A stretch of DNA of 49,588 bases, counting the filler, from Perkinsus olseni (Eukaryota): assembly GCA_013115125.1 (NCBI GenBank). It is 2 parts of 2 records of this genome, joined end to end, with 100 filler letters (N's around TTAATTAATTAA, not from the genome) between each part and the next. Parts side by side here need not be neighbours in the genome. Positions count along the whole stretch, not along the records: positions 1 to 24,766 come from JABANN010000505.1; positions 24,867 to 49,588 come from JABANN010000506.1. One strand, written 5' to 3'. Shown here one piece after another: positions 13,601 to 25,164 of this stretch; position 1 is the stretch's first letter, and each line of letters opens with the position of its first letter. Below the pieces are notes generated by a model. That model made no database searches. It worked only from the letters and a program-made list of their open reading frames with translations, and had not been told where the DNA came from. Both the position numbers and the translations under genes were made by a program.

Positions 13601-15171
13601 TCCCTACACACGACATGCTCTATCGGACAACCATCGAGAAGCACACAGTCCTGAGTGGAGATACTGTCTAACCCAATGACCTCACAGACGTAAGTGAGAG
13701 CTGAGGCAGTACTCACCTTCAAAGGCTCATCACAATAACACACTTTACAGGTAACAACTTGGGACCCTAAGGAAGAAGACTCGTAGCCCCTGGTTCCCAG
13801 CGGCAGCCCTCGCCATTCCGAACAACGCTCGCTAGACGGTAGAATAAAGGTAACGGACGTTTCGCCCGAAGGTACTACGGCTCCTTCAGTTATCGACTCA
13901 CCATCGAGAGTTGGAGCAGTTGATTTGAAGACCCCACACTTCTCCCTCACCCAGTCTTCCCCTTGTGCTTCTGAAAACCAGGCCTGAGAACACAATAACC
14001 GAGTGGAGAGAGGAGATAGCATCCCAACCGCTCCAGCCCATGTTAGTGAGCAATAGACTTATTGACGTACCACAAAAGCTCGAATGCCCCCAGAAATGCA
14101 TCACAATACGCTTTGATATGAACTTATACTTCGTTTATTAAAAAACCGTCGCTTCCCGGCAACCACCGCATTACCTCCTGCAACGCTAGCTCCTCCCACT
14201 TGAACTCCTTCATCAACGCGAAGGCATCATCGAGCGTCACATCCAAGAGCTCCGTCACTCGTGAGGCCTGACCTCACACGCATCAGAGTATACCCAGCAA
14301 GCCGGCACCATCCGTACCTTTTCTCGAGATATTCTCACCAAGTCCGCCGCAGCCATGACGCAGAAGTTGGCGCAGGAGATCCGAGCTAAGCGGAGGTTCA
14401 CTGTCGACTGCCTACCCCATCAAGGTGCCCCTCACCAGAGATGGAGTTGTCGTCCTTAGCTGACAGGATGTTCTCAGCTGTCGCTACCGGTTGCTTCACC
14501 GCTGAGCCCTTCAGAGACACCTTCATGCCGGTCACTGGGGTGGCGGATGCGGGGTTTTCTGAGAGTCGAATCCTCGGTATGCCTTAATTCTCACACCTCT
14601 AACTACGGTGAGGTCATCATCGAACTACGCATACCCGAATCGTCAACGACTTACTCGAAGCTTCCTTCACAGGAGTTGTTGCGATGGCATCATCAACAGG
14701 GGTAGCAACTTCCATAGGTTCCGCTATTTGAGCTGAGAGCGCTTCAACCTAAGATACGCCTCTCTACCTCGCACAGATAGCCTTAGCGCGGGGGGCGTAC
14801 ATCCTCTAGCTCTCCTCCGCCGAAGGATATGTCACCACTCCCTGCTTGTACGCCGTTGTTAGGCGAGCCTTCATCCATACGGAAACTATCAATTCGAACT
14901 CGAATGGCGTGGCGATATGATAAGCTGAGCCAACCTCATGTCCTCAGCGGCTGGGATATCCGGTGGAGCAGCCGCTTCACAATCAGCATCATCAAAGTCT
15001 GCTATCTCGACATCACCATCATCGTAGTAGTGGAACTCCTGAGAATTGTGGGAGGTGACCACGACCGCCTGCCCTCCTCACCCAAGAACTCACGTCCAAG
15101 GCGGCCGAGTCGTCATCATCCTCGCTCTCTGCGCTCACCGACCGCACCGACGGTGATTTATCACAGTTCAT
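10625..15171 (-). CDS. Ariadne-family RBR E3 ubiquitin ligase (ARIH1-like), multi-exon
   Basis: Acidic N-terminus; RING1 CKVCY..C..H..CREC; IBR cysteines; [36 protein letters not shown]; Ariadne domain [15 protein letters not shown]; ends ...IKEESIAF*. Confidence 0.93.
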
Positions 15172-15510
15172 ACACGAGGCTGCTGATCACCACTGACAGG
15201 CCCTGCCTGATAGATTACTACAACACAAGGCGTGCTCGCGAGTAATATGATATAACGCCGCAGCAATGGAGTTAACCATCACCAACAGCAACCACAGCAG
15301 GCGTCTCGAAACGGCCAAGACACCATCATCATCATCATCAGTATAACAGCAGATGCTCAAGTCTCTAGCTCCAGGACCTGAGAGTGCGGCAATTATATAG
15401 GGCCTGAGCCTCACGTCAATCACGCCAGCGAAGTTGACAAGCCCGAACCAACCTACCACTATCAAGGCTGCCTGTAGCAATCCTCCAATAAACATGCGTA
15501 TATTGTCGGA

Positions 15511-16515
15511 CTACTCCGCCATGGGTAAGATGAGCTTCTGGCCGTACCATTTACTACAAGAAGGATTGCATCATCCTTCAAGGCCTCACCCACACACTCT
15601 ACCTCATCGCGAAGTAATAGAAAAAGTCGCAGTACAACGCCACCTGAATGGCCCCGCCGGTCCATCCCACCCAATTCACGTACCCCTCCGTGAAGTAGCG
15701 GTAAATCTGAAGCAGGCTCCTGCCTCGAGGCCGCTGTGATGCTGTTATTATTACCCAGTTGATGATGTAGAAGCCTCTGTAAGCGCCCATGGCGAACACG
15801 AAATTACTCGTCAAATTCTCTACCTGACAGGTGGTGGTCGAGAACAACGCCCCGAGGGAGGGACAGCAGCAGCACCTCTCGCTGACGTTGTAGAAGTGAC
15901 AACTGCGGCAAAATTGCGACTGACTCCATCCAGATTGACATAGTCCATAGTATCTAAATCCGCCGCACATGACGCCACGAAGAATGCATCAGGAATAGTA
16001 CCTCAGCAAAAGAGTAGTCGGCAGTGGTGATCATCGTGAGAACGAAACATGGCGGTAGTAGCCACCTGATGGCAGAAAGCTGGCAATCCCTAAGGCCGTC
16101 AGGAGACAGACATTACTTGACGTAGTTGAAATTGTCAGCGGCCGCGTCATAAGTCTGTTTAACAGGCCCTCTTCTGAATTTCATGGTGTACACCAGATGC
16201 AGCGTGAGGGTAATGAACACCAACTTCATCACTAGTACCAAAAAAAACTCAACTCACGCCCCACCCTGCCCGCTCTATTACCAGTGTTGTAGAGACTGAC
16301 GTAGAGCCAGAGGAGATCTACGTATCGAAAGATGAAGACCATGGCGTACATCTCCTGCATCTTACACGATATACCTACCTCACATGAATCCTGCCAGGGT
16401 CGACCTAAGATACTAGCAACTCACCCACGCAACTTTTGGACTTCTGCAGTTTCAGGACTAGAAGGAGAATGCTCAGCAGGTGGAGCATATCCCCGCAAAA
16501 CCGGAAAATATTCAT
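15511..16515 (-). CDS. ERD2: ER lumen protein retaining (KDEL/HDEL) receptor, multi-exon
   Basis: MNIFRFCGDMLHLLSILLLVLKLQKSKSC, QEMYAMVFIFRYVDL, VENLTSNFVFAMGAYRGFYIINW, QVALYCDFFYYF; ends KWYGQKLILPMAE*. Confidence 0.95.
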
Positions 16516-17221
16516 GGCGTGTGACGGTCAGGACGAAGCTGTGACAATAGACTCTCTTTGCCTTCGAGGAGACTGTTGAGATCCACCAGAAGGGAAAAAC
16601 TCAAAAGCCCACTGAGTGATTTATCTTGACTTATTCCGTATCTTCCCATGGCAGCCTCGAGACGCCCTTGCTCCGTTTCAGCCATCCATTACCGGATCCT
16701 AGGCCTCCGCTAGGTCCAAGGCTCCACGAATGTGCCACAATTCCGCAACCCTCCTTCGCCAGCGCACATCTACGGCATCATAGAATCGCATATATGCTAC
16801 ATGAAAAATCGCATTTTCACAGCAGCGATTATATACGGGGATAATCGCTCCAGAAAGTGAGCGAAATCGTCCGAAGCGATGCATGACCAAAACAATTCGT
16901 GTGCGTAGTTCGCTGGCGATCCTCATACTCCAAGTAAGCGCCGAAAGTGTTGGTGGCGAGCCTTCGTACGCCATATCTTGAGGTAGTGAAAGATTTATTT
17001 TTTAAGAAAAAAATCGTCGGGAATAGGCTTGAAAAGCCTGAAACCGCTGTAGAAACTTTGGCTAGAAAAGAGGTGCTTTCTCCGTGGATGAGCCGCTAGC
17101 ACCTCACATGGAATGACAGGCCGTTTTGGTACCCGTTTGAGTGCGGCCCGGAAATTTCCTGACCTATTTTGTATCTTGCACAAGCGACCTAAACGTATCT
17201 TTCAGTTACATTTTGAACTCG

Positions 17222-19700
17222 ATGGGCCGAAGTCGTGCGTCATTACTATCACTCATATTGAGTGTACTTTTATTAGTACTACAAACTGCGCTGGTTGAAG
17301 GCAAATACGCCTCGTCTACAGTGATGCTGGGAGGCCCACGGGAGATGCATAGGTGGAAGTATCTTTCCAAGTTTGGATACGACATTGGTAGTCCTGCTTC
17401 TTCTCCTCCCTCCTCTTCTCATAACTCCTCGTTGCAGGTACCGGTTACTGGCGTGTGAGAATGCGGACTGTGAGACCTCACCTCACCGAGCCTATCAAGA
17501 TTCCTGTGGAAGTGTAACCCCCTGTTCGCCACCGGATTCCGTGAGTGCCATGCTTCAACCTTAGATACCTCGATAATGACTGGGATGCGGTGGAGAGAGC
17601 TGACTACTGCGAGAGAAGTCGGTATCGCAAGACGTCAAGGTTCGTCGAGCTTCCGGCCAACGGCGAGTGGAGCGGTTGGGTCTCTGTAGTGGCGGGCCTC
17701 GGTAGTCTAAACGGTTGAGTCTTCGACGTTTCTCAGGGAGAGCTGTCGCAGACGGTCCGACCACATGTGTGGTACTTTGCTGTTTTGGACTGTGGGGAGC
17801 AGCTAAAGTCCACCACTAGGATCAAGTAATAAGAGGACATACGGATTTACACCGGTGCCAAGAGGTTTCCTTGTTTCTGACACCTCTAGCTACGAATGCA
17901 TTACGCCGTCCCCTCGAAGGTGTTCCGCGTCGGGGTCATGGGAGGCCTCCATTCGCCTTGCTCAGGTTCGAGTTCATAGCGAACCAGGAGAATGGATCGG
18001 AGTTTTCGGCCGAGCTGAGAGGCACTCGCGGCATCGTGTGGGTTCAACTCGTCATATCTGGTACTATCTTCTAGATCGCTCTATCGCTCTTCAACGCCCT
18101 TCTTCTCCTCCGCTCTCAGTTCTCTTTACATGGTTCTTCGCCAAAGAATGCCGCAAGTTCGTTCGATCGGCGGACTCGCTTCACCCAGTCGTCATCACTC
18201 TGGCCTGCGCCATTGGCCTGCAGGTAATTCAACTCACCCGCCGTCCGGTATTATGAGAGTCTCACATGCCCTTTGTGTTCGCGTCTCAGTTTTGCAGCAC
18301 CGTCTTCGAACTGATACATTTACACAACTACAATAACAACGGTTATGGTGTGAAGCCGTTGGATGTGCTCTCTGAGATATGCGGGATGCTGGTGGAGGTC
18401 CTGTGTAATAACAATGACGCTCACCACCGTTCCATTCGGCTTCTCGTCGTGCAGTGTCATCATTGCTCATCCTAATTGCCCTTGGCTATACGCTGCTGCA
18501 CAGTAAGCTTGGAGACCTCGACGTGGTCATACCCATAGTGTTCATTATTGGAGTAAGTCAGTGACAACCTTGTCTGCTGCTACTGCAGGCAGCACTACTG
18601 CTGTCTGCTAGCAGTGCTACTGCTGCAAGGCAGCGGAGTAGTGCAGGGTTGGGAGAGGGCTCATTGGGTGGTCGCAGGTTGTTCATGTTCTGCTTGTCGG
18701 CTTCGGCAAGATCAAGGATGATGCGTCATACAAATTTTACGAGAATGAAGGTAGTGTGGGATTCCCGATTAGACTCGTGCTCCGAGATGTATCGCAGTGC
18801 GCTCCCGATGCGACATAGTGTTCCGCTGCTTCCTGTCGGAACCTAGGATGCTTCTCGCTCCTTGCAGGTGTTGTCGGCTACATCCTGGTCGTCATCCGTC
18901 TACTTCTAGCGGCGTGGTTCCTTTGGGCGGTGAACGAGACTCGGAAGGAGGCTGGTAAGCGCTAGGCTGTGCTGAGCATCGCGTCGGGATGGGCCTCCCC
19001 TCACGGTAGACTTGAATTTTGTGCGCTACAGTCGTGAGGTTCTGGAGGTTGTCTTTTCCACTGGTCATATCCTCTCCGGACCCCAGCTTGGGCCTGCCCC
19101 CGCAGCCTAGCTGCGCTATACTCTGTAATTTTGTTATCAGCGAATTCTCTCTTCCTTTGGTTGATGGACCGGATCGTGATAGACGTTTATCCGCTTTGGT
19201 GCCTACGCTCGAATGACAATAGTTTAACTACCGCCCATCGAAGGTTTTCTTCTCTGTATAATCTATACTCGGGACGAGTCTCTGACTATGGACACCGCTC
19301 AGGTATGAAACTCCGGTATTTCCTGGCCAAGTTTGCCGGCCTTGGAATGCTCTACTTCTTTTCCTACCCAGTCCTCTTCATCATCACCGGCTTCTTCGCC
19401 CCCTACTATCGCCAAAAGGTAGTACCGCCCTCCAAGTTATGGATACCGCTAGCTGTGTCCATGGGCTCAGACCATTCACAGTGCGGTTTCGTCTCAGGTG
19501 ATGCTTGTCGGCTGGTTTGCTATCAAGTATGGCGTATTTGCGTGGATGACCAGTATGTTCCTCACCCGAGGGGACTACTTCCAAGTCTCGACACTCAACT
19601 CGAGCTTCCTTCCCGGCGGAGTCAGACCCGGTAATACTTCCTCTATATCATCCATGCTCGTACCGACAAACAGTGGCGTCGTGCCTCCATAGTGATACTC
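17222..19700 (+). CDS. GPR180/TMEM145-like (intimal thickness-related receptor family) signal peptide + 7TM protein, multi-exon
   Basis: Signal peptide MGRSRASLLSLILSVLLLVLQTALVEG; WKYLSKFGY; RPHVWYFAVLDC; SEFSAE; HLHNYNNNGYG; several TM exons. 3' end approximate. Confidence 0.78.
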
Positions 19701-20041
19701 ACACTGACTATAATCGTGCGTGAAGTATTCACTATCGGAAATTATCTCTCTGAAGTAAACGCTCTTCGCAACTTTGATTCGATTTCCTTGCGTTTTTGAA
19801 CGCTGAGTGCGATGAGGAATGCTGCTGCCCTCGGCGCAGTCGCTACGCGAGCGCGCATTTCCGTACTTTGCTTTGTTGTATTCAGGTCTTGATAAAGAGG
19901 AGTAAGAATGGGAAGCGGTACGCTTCGCTCCGCTGAAGTTATGGATAATATTATTGTACATGATAGTCGGTAGTAGTCGTTCTTCCAGCTGAACGGAGTG
20001 ATAAGATGATTTACAAGCTTGTCTGCACATTACACACACTC

Positions 20042-22177
20042 ATGCTACTGACAGTCAACCTCTCGAGGTCTGAGAGGACCTTTGGGCGGTGCTATTGATA
20101 CCAACTTGTTGGCTGAGTTGTTTACCTCGTCGTCTGCTGTGTTCTTGCATCTCTGCTACTACTACTGCGTGAATAATGACATTTGATGGTGGAGGGCTGC
20201 TCTTTTTCTGCAGCCCTCCAGCGGCAAGAGTAGGGAAGTTGCGCAGTCAATAGACAGGGTCAGTAGACAGTCTTGTTCCTCGAGCGTTGATTGCATGAGG
20301 CTGGGCTTGAGTTCGAGTTCGTCAGGCTGGTGCTCTGTCGCTAGGAAAGGTTTCGAACCTGTTGCCCTTGGTGGAATTGCAGGATAGTGGTTGTAGTGGG
20401 AGCATATTCCGTTAATGTATGCTTATGGCCTGCCGCCCCCGAGCGAGACGATAGTAGCTGGCAACGTGGCTGCTGCTCGGCAGCATCTAGCGGCGTCCGC
20501 AGCATCACACGCCCCGGTGGTGCAAGTCGTGTGGATCGACCGGAACGCATTCAAGCCCAACAGACCGGTGAGTCTTCCAGCGAAGGTCTGGCAACCTGTC
20601 CATGATATGCGCTAGCTGTTTGTGCTCAGCCTTATGAGTTCGAAGCTGTGGCCCCGGTAACTCGGCTAAAACGTTTCAAAACAGCCGCCGCCTGTGTGAA
20701 GTGGCTGAATGATAGGCAGAAGTGAGTTAGCGCCTATTGCCATTCGCGAAGGATCGTCTGCTTCCAGGCGTGCCGGTTGTAACCAGCCCGCTGCTGCTGT
20801 TGCTGAGCGCAGATGTAAAGATGTATTAGATTCAGCATCATCCAAGTGGGAGGGCTCCCGCCGGTTATCCTTCCTCTCGTCGCCCCTTCCTCCTTGTTTT
20901 AGGTCTTGTCTCGATAAGATCCAGAATAGTCCACCATCCAATGTTATATTTTCCACTCCTACTAGCCACACTCGAAGCATGAGTTGCAAAAGCAGCACGA
21001 TCAGCGCGGCGCTCGGCAGAGGCTCTAATAGTGGCTCGTATCCGACTCTAGTCTGTAGAGTAGCATCAGCAGCAGCAGCAGCAGCAGCTGCGGGAGAAGC
21101 TTTCCCTGAGGACGACCCTTTGAGAAGGGTAGATCTCCGGTAAGCGATCAGTGGTGGTCTGGAGGTATTGCATGGCTGCCAGGTTGGTGGTGTCGGCCAG
21201 AGAAGCCAAGCTGTTGCTCAGTTGCCTGTCTGTGGAGGGAGGCGAAGGTGGGCCACATCAGCGTCCTGGCTACTGGTACATGATCGCACCAGCCTTGGCT
21301 CGATGGTGCGCCACCATTTGTGAGCTGGTGCTGTGTTCTCTCTCTCAGAAGCACATGCTGTCGGTGGCTCTGTGTTCAGTCGCCGTTGTATAGTCCCACC
21401 CAAGCCATTCCGGTCTATCGAAGTGAGTACCTCGGGAGGCTTCCTGGCCCTCGTTGACCTCTACTCGATACTGCCAGGTGTATGTCTACCACCGATGCGC
21501 CTTTGAAAAGCCGCGCAACGTCGACGACACCGAGTTAGCAGCACACGAGCTTGTTGTCGAAGTGGGCCCGCCTTCTCGGTTGACATGCTCACTGCAAGGG
21601 AGAAGCTCGAAGGTGCTGCTTTGTAATGGTCCAGGTATACCCGACGTTGGAGCAAGCTGTGTTCATGGGTGTTATGAACCCAGGAGCCTTCCCTAGTGGT
21701 GCCTCAACTGGCGTGTCTGAGGTGGCCTCCCTCATCAGCGTCTGCTTTACTGCTAGTCCTTCAGACTTCATCTCCTGGCCACACCGCATCCGAGGATACA
21801 GTAGACTGCTGTAGCAGCAGCGGCGGTGGCGGTGGTGGTCAAATGACGTTGGTCCCGATGGGCCTCCCACCACCGTCGGCATACGTCATCGCGGGGCCGC
21901 CCTCGCACTACACGTGAGCATGAACTTCAGCTTGCTCATGTTAGGGAGCCGCCGTGTCGTCAGGTGGCCGCCCCTGCTGATGCCGTGCATACCACCAGCT
22001 AGCATGATGCTGCATCCGCCCCCGGCTATCATCATGCCCTTTCCGCCCATCTCGAACTCCTCCTCACAGCAGACGTCTGCCGTTGGAACTGCGGCAACAG
22101 TTGAACAGCCGAACTGTGGTGGCACGAATATGACTCCCGTACCATGTTCACTCTACTTCCCGGTCCTTTATAATTAA
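20042..22177 (+). CDS. Hypothetical protein, multi-exon, with Pro-rich C-terminus
   Basis: Series of + strand GTGAG..CAG introns linking open exons (VVWIDRNAFK, RLKRFKTAAACVKWL, LVVSAREAK, VYVYHR, Pro-rich tail ending LYFPVLYN*). Start uncertain. Confidence 0.5.
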
Positions 22178-22641
22178 CGACCATCAACGGCGCATGTTGA
22201 GTTTGTAGTTTCATCCGACGCGCTCATCTCATTGTCTGAGTGGCCTTCACAAACTATCGAGATGAATCGAGTTCGTCAGCCCTTCACGGCTTCGTTTCTA
22301 CAGCCACAGCAGCTCCGGCGCGCCGCAGTTGCCGTGCTAGCCATGTGCGAGGCCGTCGATTGAGTGTGGTTGGATTCCTGCGTCGAGGGTGCATCACTGG
22401 CTAAGTAGTTCGCAGAATGCATCTTGCACAGCTGGTGCTCAACTGAATGTCGTACCTATCTTACGAAAGAGACACTTATGGCACAGCGCTATGTATGGCT
22501 AAAGGGCGAGGCTAGACATCCGCAAAAACATATTCATAAGATGTGGACGTGCTCACTCGATGAGTTGATTGATTGTACGGTAAAGCAGCTCCTTCGCATG
22601 CAAGTTTGTTCTCAGTTTTTGCATTTTTCAACTTCGTAATA

Positions 22642-24456
22642 ATGACCGGTTTGGCACTGTCATTGTTGGCAAGCACTATTCTCGGTTCCGCCGTTGGTGT
22701 TGACATGAATGAAGTGATCTCTACTGGTGGTGGATTCGGAAGTCTCGACAGCAGTAAATCCGTACAGGAGGCTGTCGTCACTCTCGAGGATGGTGTATTC
22801 GACGTGAAGGAGATGTCTCGTGACACTCCATTCGCCGTTGTCTCCGGTCTTTATACGGACACCCTCTTCGAGCTCGGCTGGGATCAGCTCCAGTTGGATG
22901 CTGGTTCTGATTATTACTCCGATAAGGACAGGATGTACGCCATGGGCATGTTGGAGTCTTACTTCATCCACGACCGTATCTACAAATTCTGGGAGAACTT
23001 CGACCATAACGATCTTGAGGGCAGCCCAGCTGGTGTGAAGCAGTGGTTCAAGGACCAGTGGGAGTATGTGAAGATTATGACTCAGACCAGCAACGAGACC
23101 TTCTGGCAGAACATGGCTCTCATCGAGGCGCAGGCTGAAGGATACATTGATGGTTATCAGAAGTTCCGCTCTGAAGGTGAAGACATCGACCCTCTCGATA
23201 TGTACATCCTTCAATCATGGGGTGATCTTGGTGATGTTCAAGAAGGCTTCCGTGCTGCCGCCAAACAGCCCGCCGAGGACCTCGCCACAACTCCCGATGC
23301 CGGCGCTGACTTCGAGGCTGGCCCCGGTACTTTGAGTCATGGTAGCTGTACCTCGATGATTCGCCTTATGGATGATGGTGAGATTGCTGTTGCTCACAAT
23401 ACTTGGCGTAGTTATGAAGGTTTCATTCGTGTCTTCAAAAGGAACACTTACCCTAATGGACTCACTGTGACTATGAGCAGCACTCCTGGTCTTATCCACA
23501 GTAAGGATGACTTCTACGTGCAAGAGAACGGCAATCTTATCGCTGTCGAGACAACCAACAGTATGTATGATCAGAAGATCGCTGCTACTTTGGCTACCAA
23601 TCCTGATGCCCGTCACGTTTGCCTCTCGTGGCAGCGTGTTATGTCCTCCATCGTCTTCTCGAGTACCGCTCCTGAGTTCGTGGACAGTTTCGTGGAGCAG
23701 GCCAATTCTGGAACCTACAACAACCAGTGGATGGTTGTTGATGTTAACCGTCATCATGAGGGTGCTACTGATCAAGTTGCTATGATTGTTGAACAGTCCA
23801 TCGGCTACTCCCATAAGGGTGATATCTCCAGCGTTCTCCTCGACAGAGGTTACTGGAAGTCTTATAACATCCCCTACTTCCCCGATGTCTACGAGCAGAT
23901 GGGCTACAATGATTCTGATAAGCAGAGTAGTTATCACCAGTGTGCTCGTAGTGAGATCAGTGATCGTGATGCTCCTCATCTGGCCAACTTGGAAGATGTT
24001 ATGTCCTTCTCGCGGTACAATGAGTATCTCACCGATCCTATTTCTGAGGGATGCGCGAGACTATCCATCGCCTCTCGTTATGATCTGAGTACTCAGGCTA
24101 AGTGCGGTGCTGGTGCTGGACCTCAGGCTTTCGGAGCAATCGATGCCAAGGTTGTGACCTCCAAGGATCTCACCACCGTTCATGCTGTTTCTGGCCCTAC
24201 CAGCGATCCTGAGAACGGCATCCCTGTCTTCCAGTGGTCGACCTCTCCTGTTGATCATATGATCGAACATGTTGGTATGCCCGACCGCTACGACTTCCCT
24301 TGGGTGAGGTTCAATGGTGAGAGTTGGTCTCTGAAGTCCCTCGATGATTCCGCCTGTGATCATGCCGATCATGTCCGTATGAACCCTCCTGCTACCACTA
24401 CAACTACTACTACCACAACAACTACTCCTACCAGCGCTCTTCGTGGTGTCAACTAA
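22642..24456 (+). CDS. Phospholipase B-like (PLBD/Ntn-hydrolase) precursor, intronless, secreted or lysosomal
   Basis: Signal peptide; GWDQL; GSCTSMIR (autocleavage Cys); AHNTW; SKDDFY; ETTN; NSGTYNNQWMVVD; YWKSYNIPYF; GAIDAKV; Thr-rich tail. Confidence 0.93.
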   Translation: MTGLALSLLASTILGSAVGVDMNEVISTGGGFGSLDSSKSVQEAVVTLEDGVFDVKEMSRDTPFAVVSGLYTDTLFELGWDQLQLDAGSDYYSDKDRMYAMGMLESYFIHDRIYKFWENFDHNDLEGSPAGVKQWFKDQWEYVKIMTQTSNETFWQNMALIEAQAEGYIDGYQKFRSEGEDIDPLDMYILQSWGDLGDVQEGFRAAAKQPAEDLATTPDAGADFEAGPGTLSHGSCTSMIRLMDDGEIAVAHNTWRSYEGFIRVFKRNTYPNGLTVTMSSTPGLIHSKDDFYVQENGNLIAVETTNSMYDQKIAATLATNPDARHVCLSWQRVMSSIVFSSTAPEFVDSFVEQANSGTYNNQWMVVDVNRHHEGATDQVAMIVEQSIGYSHKGDISSVLLDRGYWKSYNIPYFPDVYEQMGYNDSDKQSSYHQCARSEISDRDAPHLANLEDVMSFSRYNEYLTDPISEGCARLSIASRYDLSTQAKCGAGAGPQAFGAIDAKVVTSKDLTTVHAVSGPTSDPENGIPVFQWSTSPVDHMIEHVGMPDRYDFPWVRFNGESWSLKSLDDSACDHADHVRMNPPATTTTTTTTTTTPTSALRGVN

Positions 24457-24766
24457 TTGACTTCTATATTATCGCATAGCGCGCAGCTCTAATGAGCTTT
24501 TATTCCGTCACGAGCGAGTTGTGCCGTAGACGACGCATCAATTCTGCTTTTTAACTCTCTGTTAAGTGGCCCTCTGTTGAGGACGTTTAACTTTACCCTC
24601 GTTGACTCAATGCGCGCAAGTTTTTGCGTTCAAAGTTAAGGGCATCTCGCGGACCGGCTTTCGAGCCGTCGAACGTTCTGGGGTCCTCCTCTGGGAATAG
24701 CTCGTCCTAGAAAGAATCTCATGCCCCTTCAGCACGATAGGATATTGTCTTTATGCTGTGTTCAAT

Positions 24767-24866
24767 NNNNNNNNNNNNNNNNNNNNNNNNNNNNNNNNNN
24801 NNNNNNNNNNTTAATTAATTAANNNNNNNNNNNNNNNNNNNNNNNNNNNNNNNNNNNNNNNNNNNN
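24767..24866. other. Assembly gap with artificial six-frame stop linker
   Basis: 44 N + TTAATTAATTAA + 44 N = exactly 100 bp. Confidence 0.95.
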
Positions 24867-25164
24867 CGCTTGCCCAGACGATCGGTATTGGGCTCATCAG
24901 CTATATAAGGACTGCGAGGGTTTGACCTCTCTCGGGACTTGACAAAACCCTTGGGGAGTGCTCGGGACATACTCGGGACCAACCAACCGAGTAGAGGAGC
25001 ACCGGTAGTAGGCAATCTGCACCCACAACAAGCGTGCATTGTGTGTTATCGACTCTTTCCGATGTCTCCATTTTCATGGCCAATGCGCGTAACCAAATGA
25101 GAATGGGAGAGTATCATAGAATTACTGTACCCTCCGCAGTTCTCGTTCCTTGTGTTTCTTCCCC

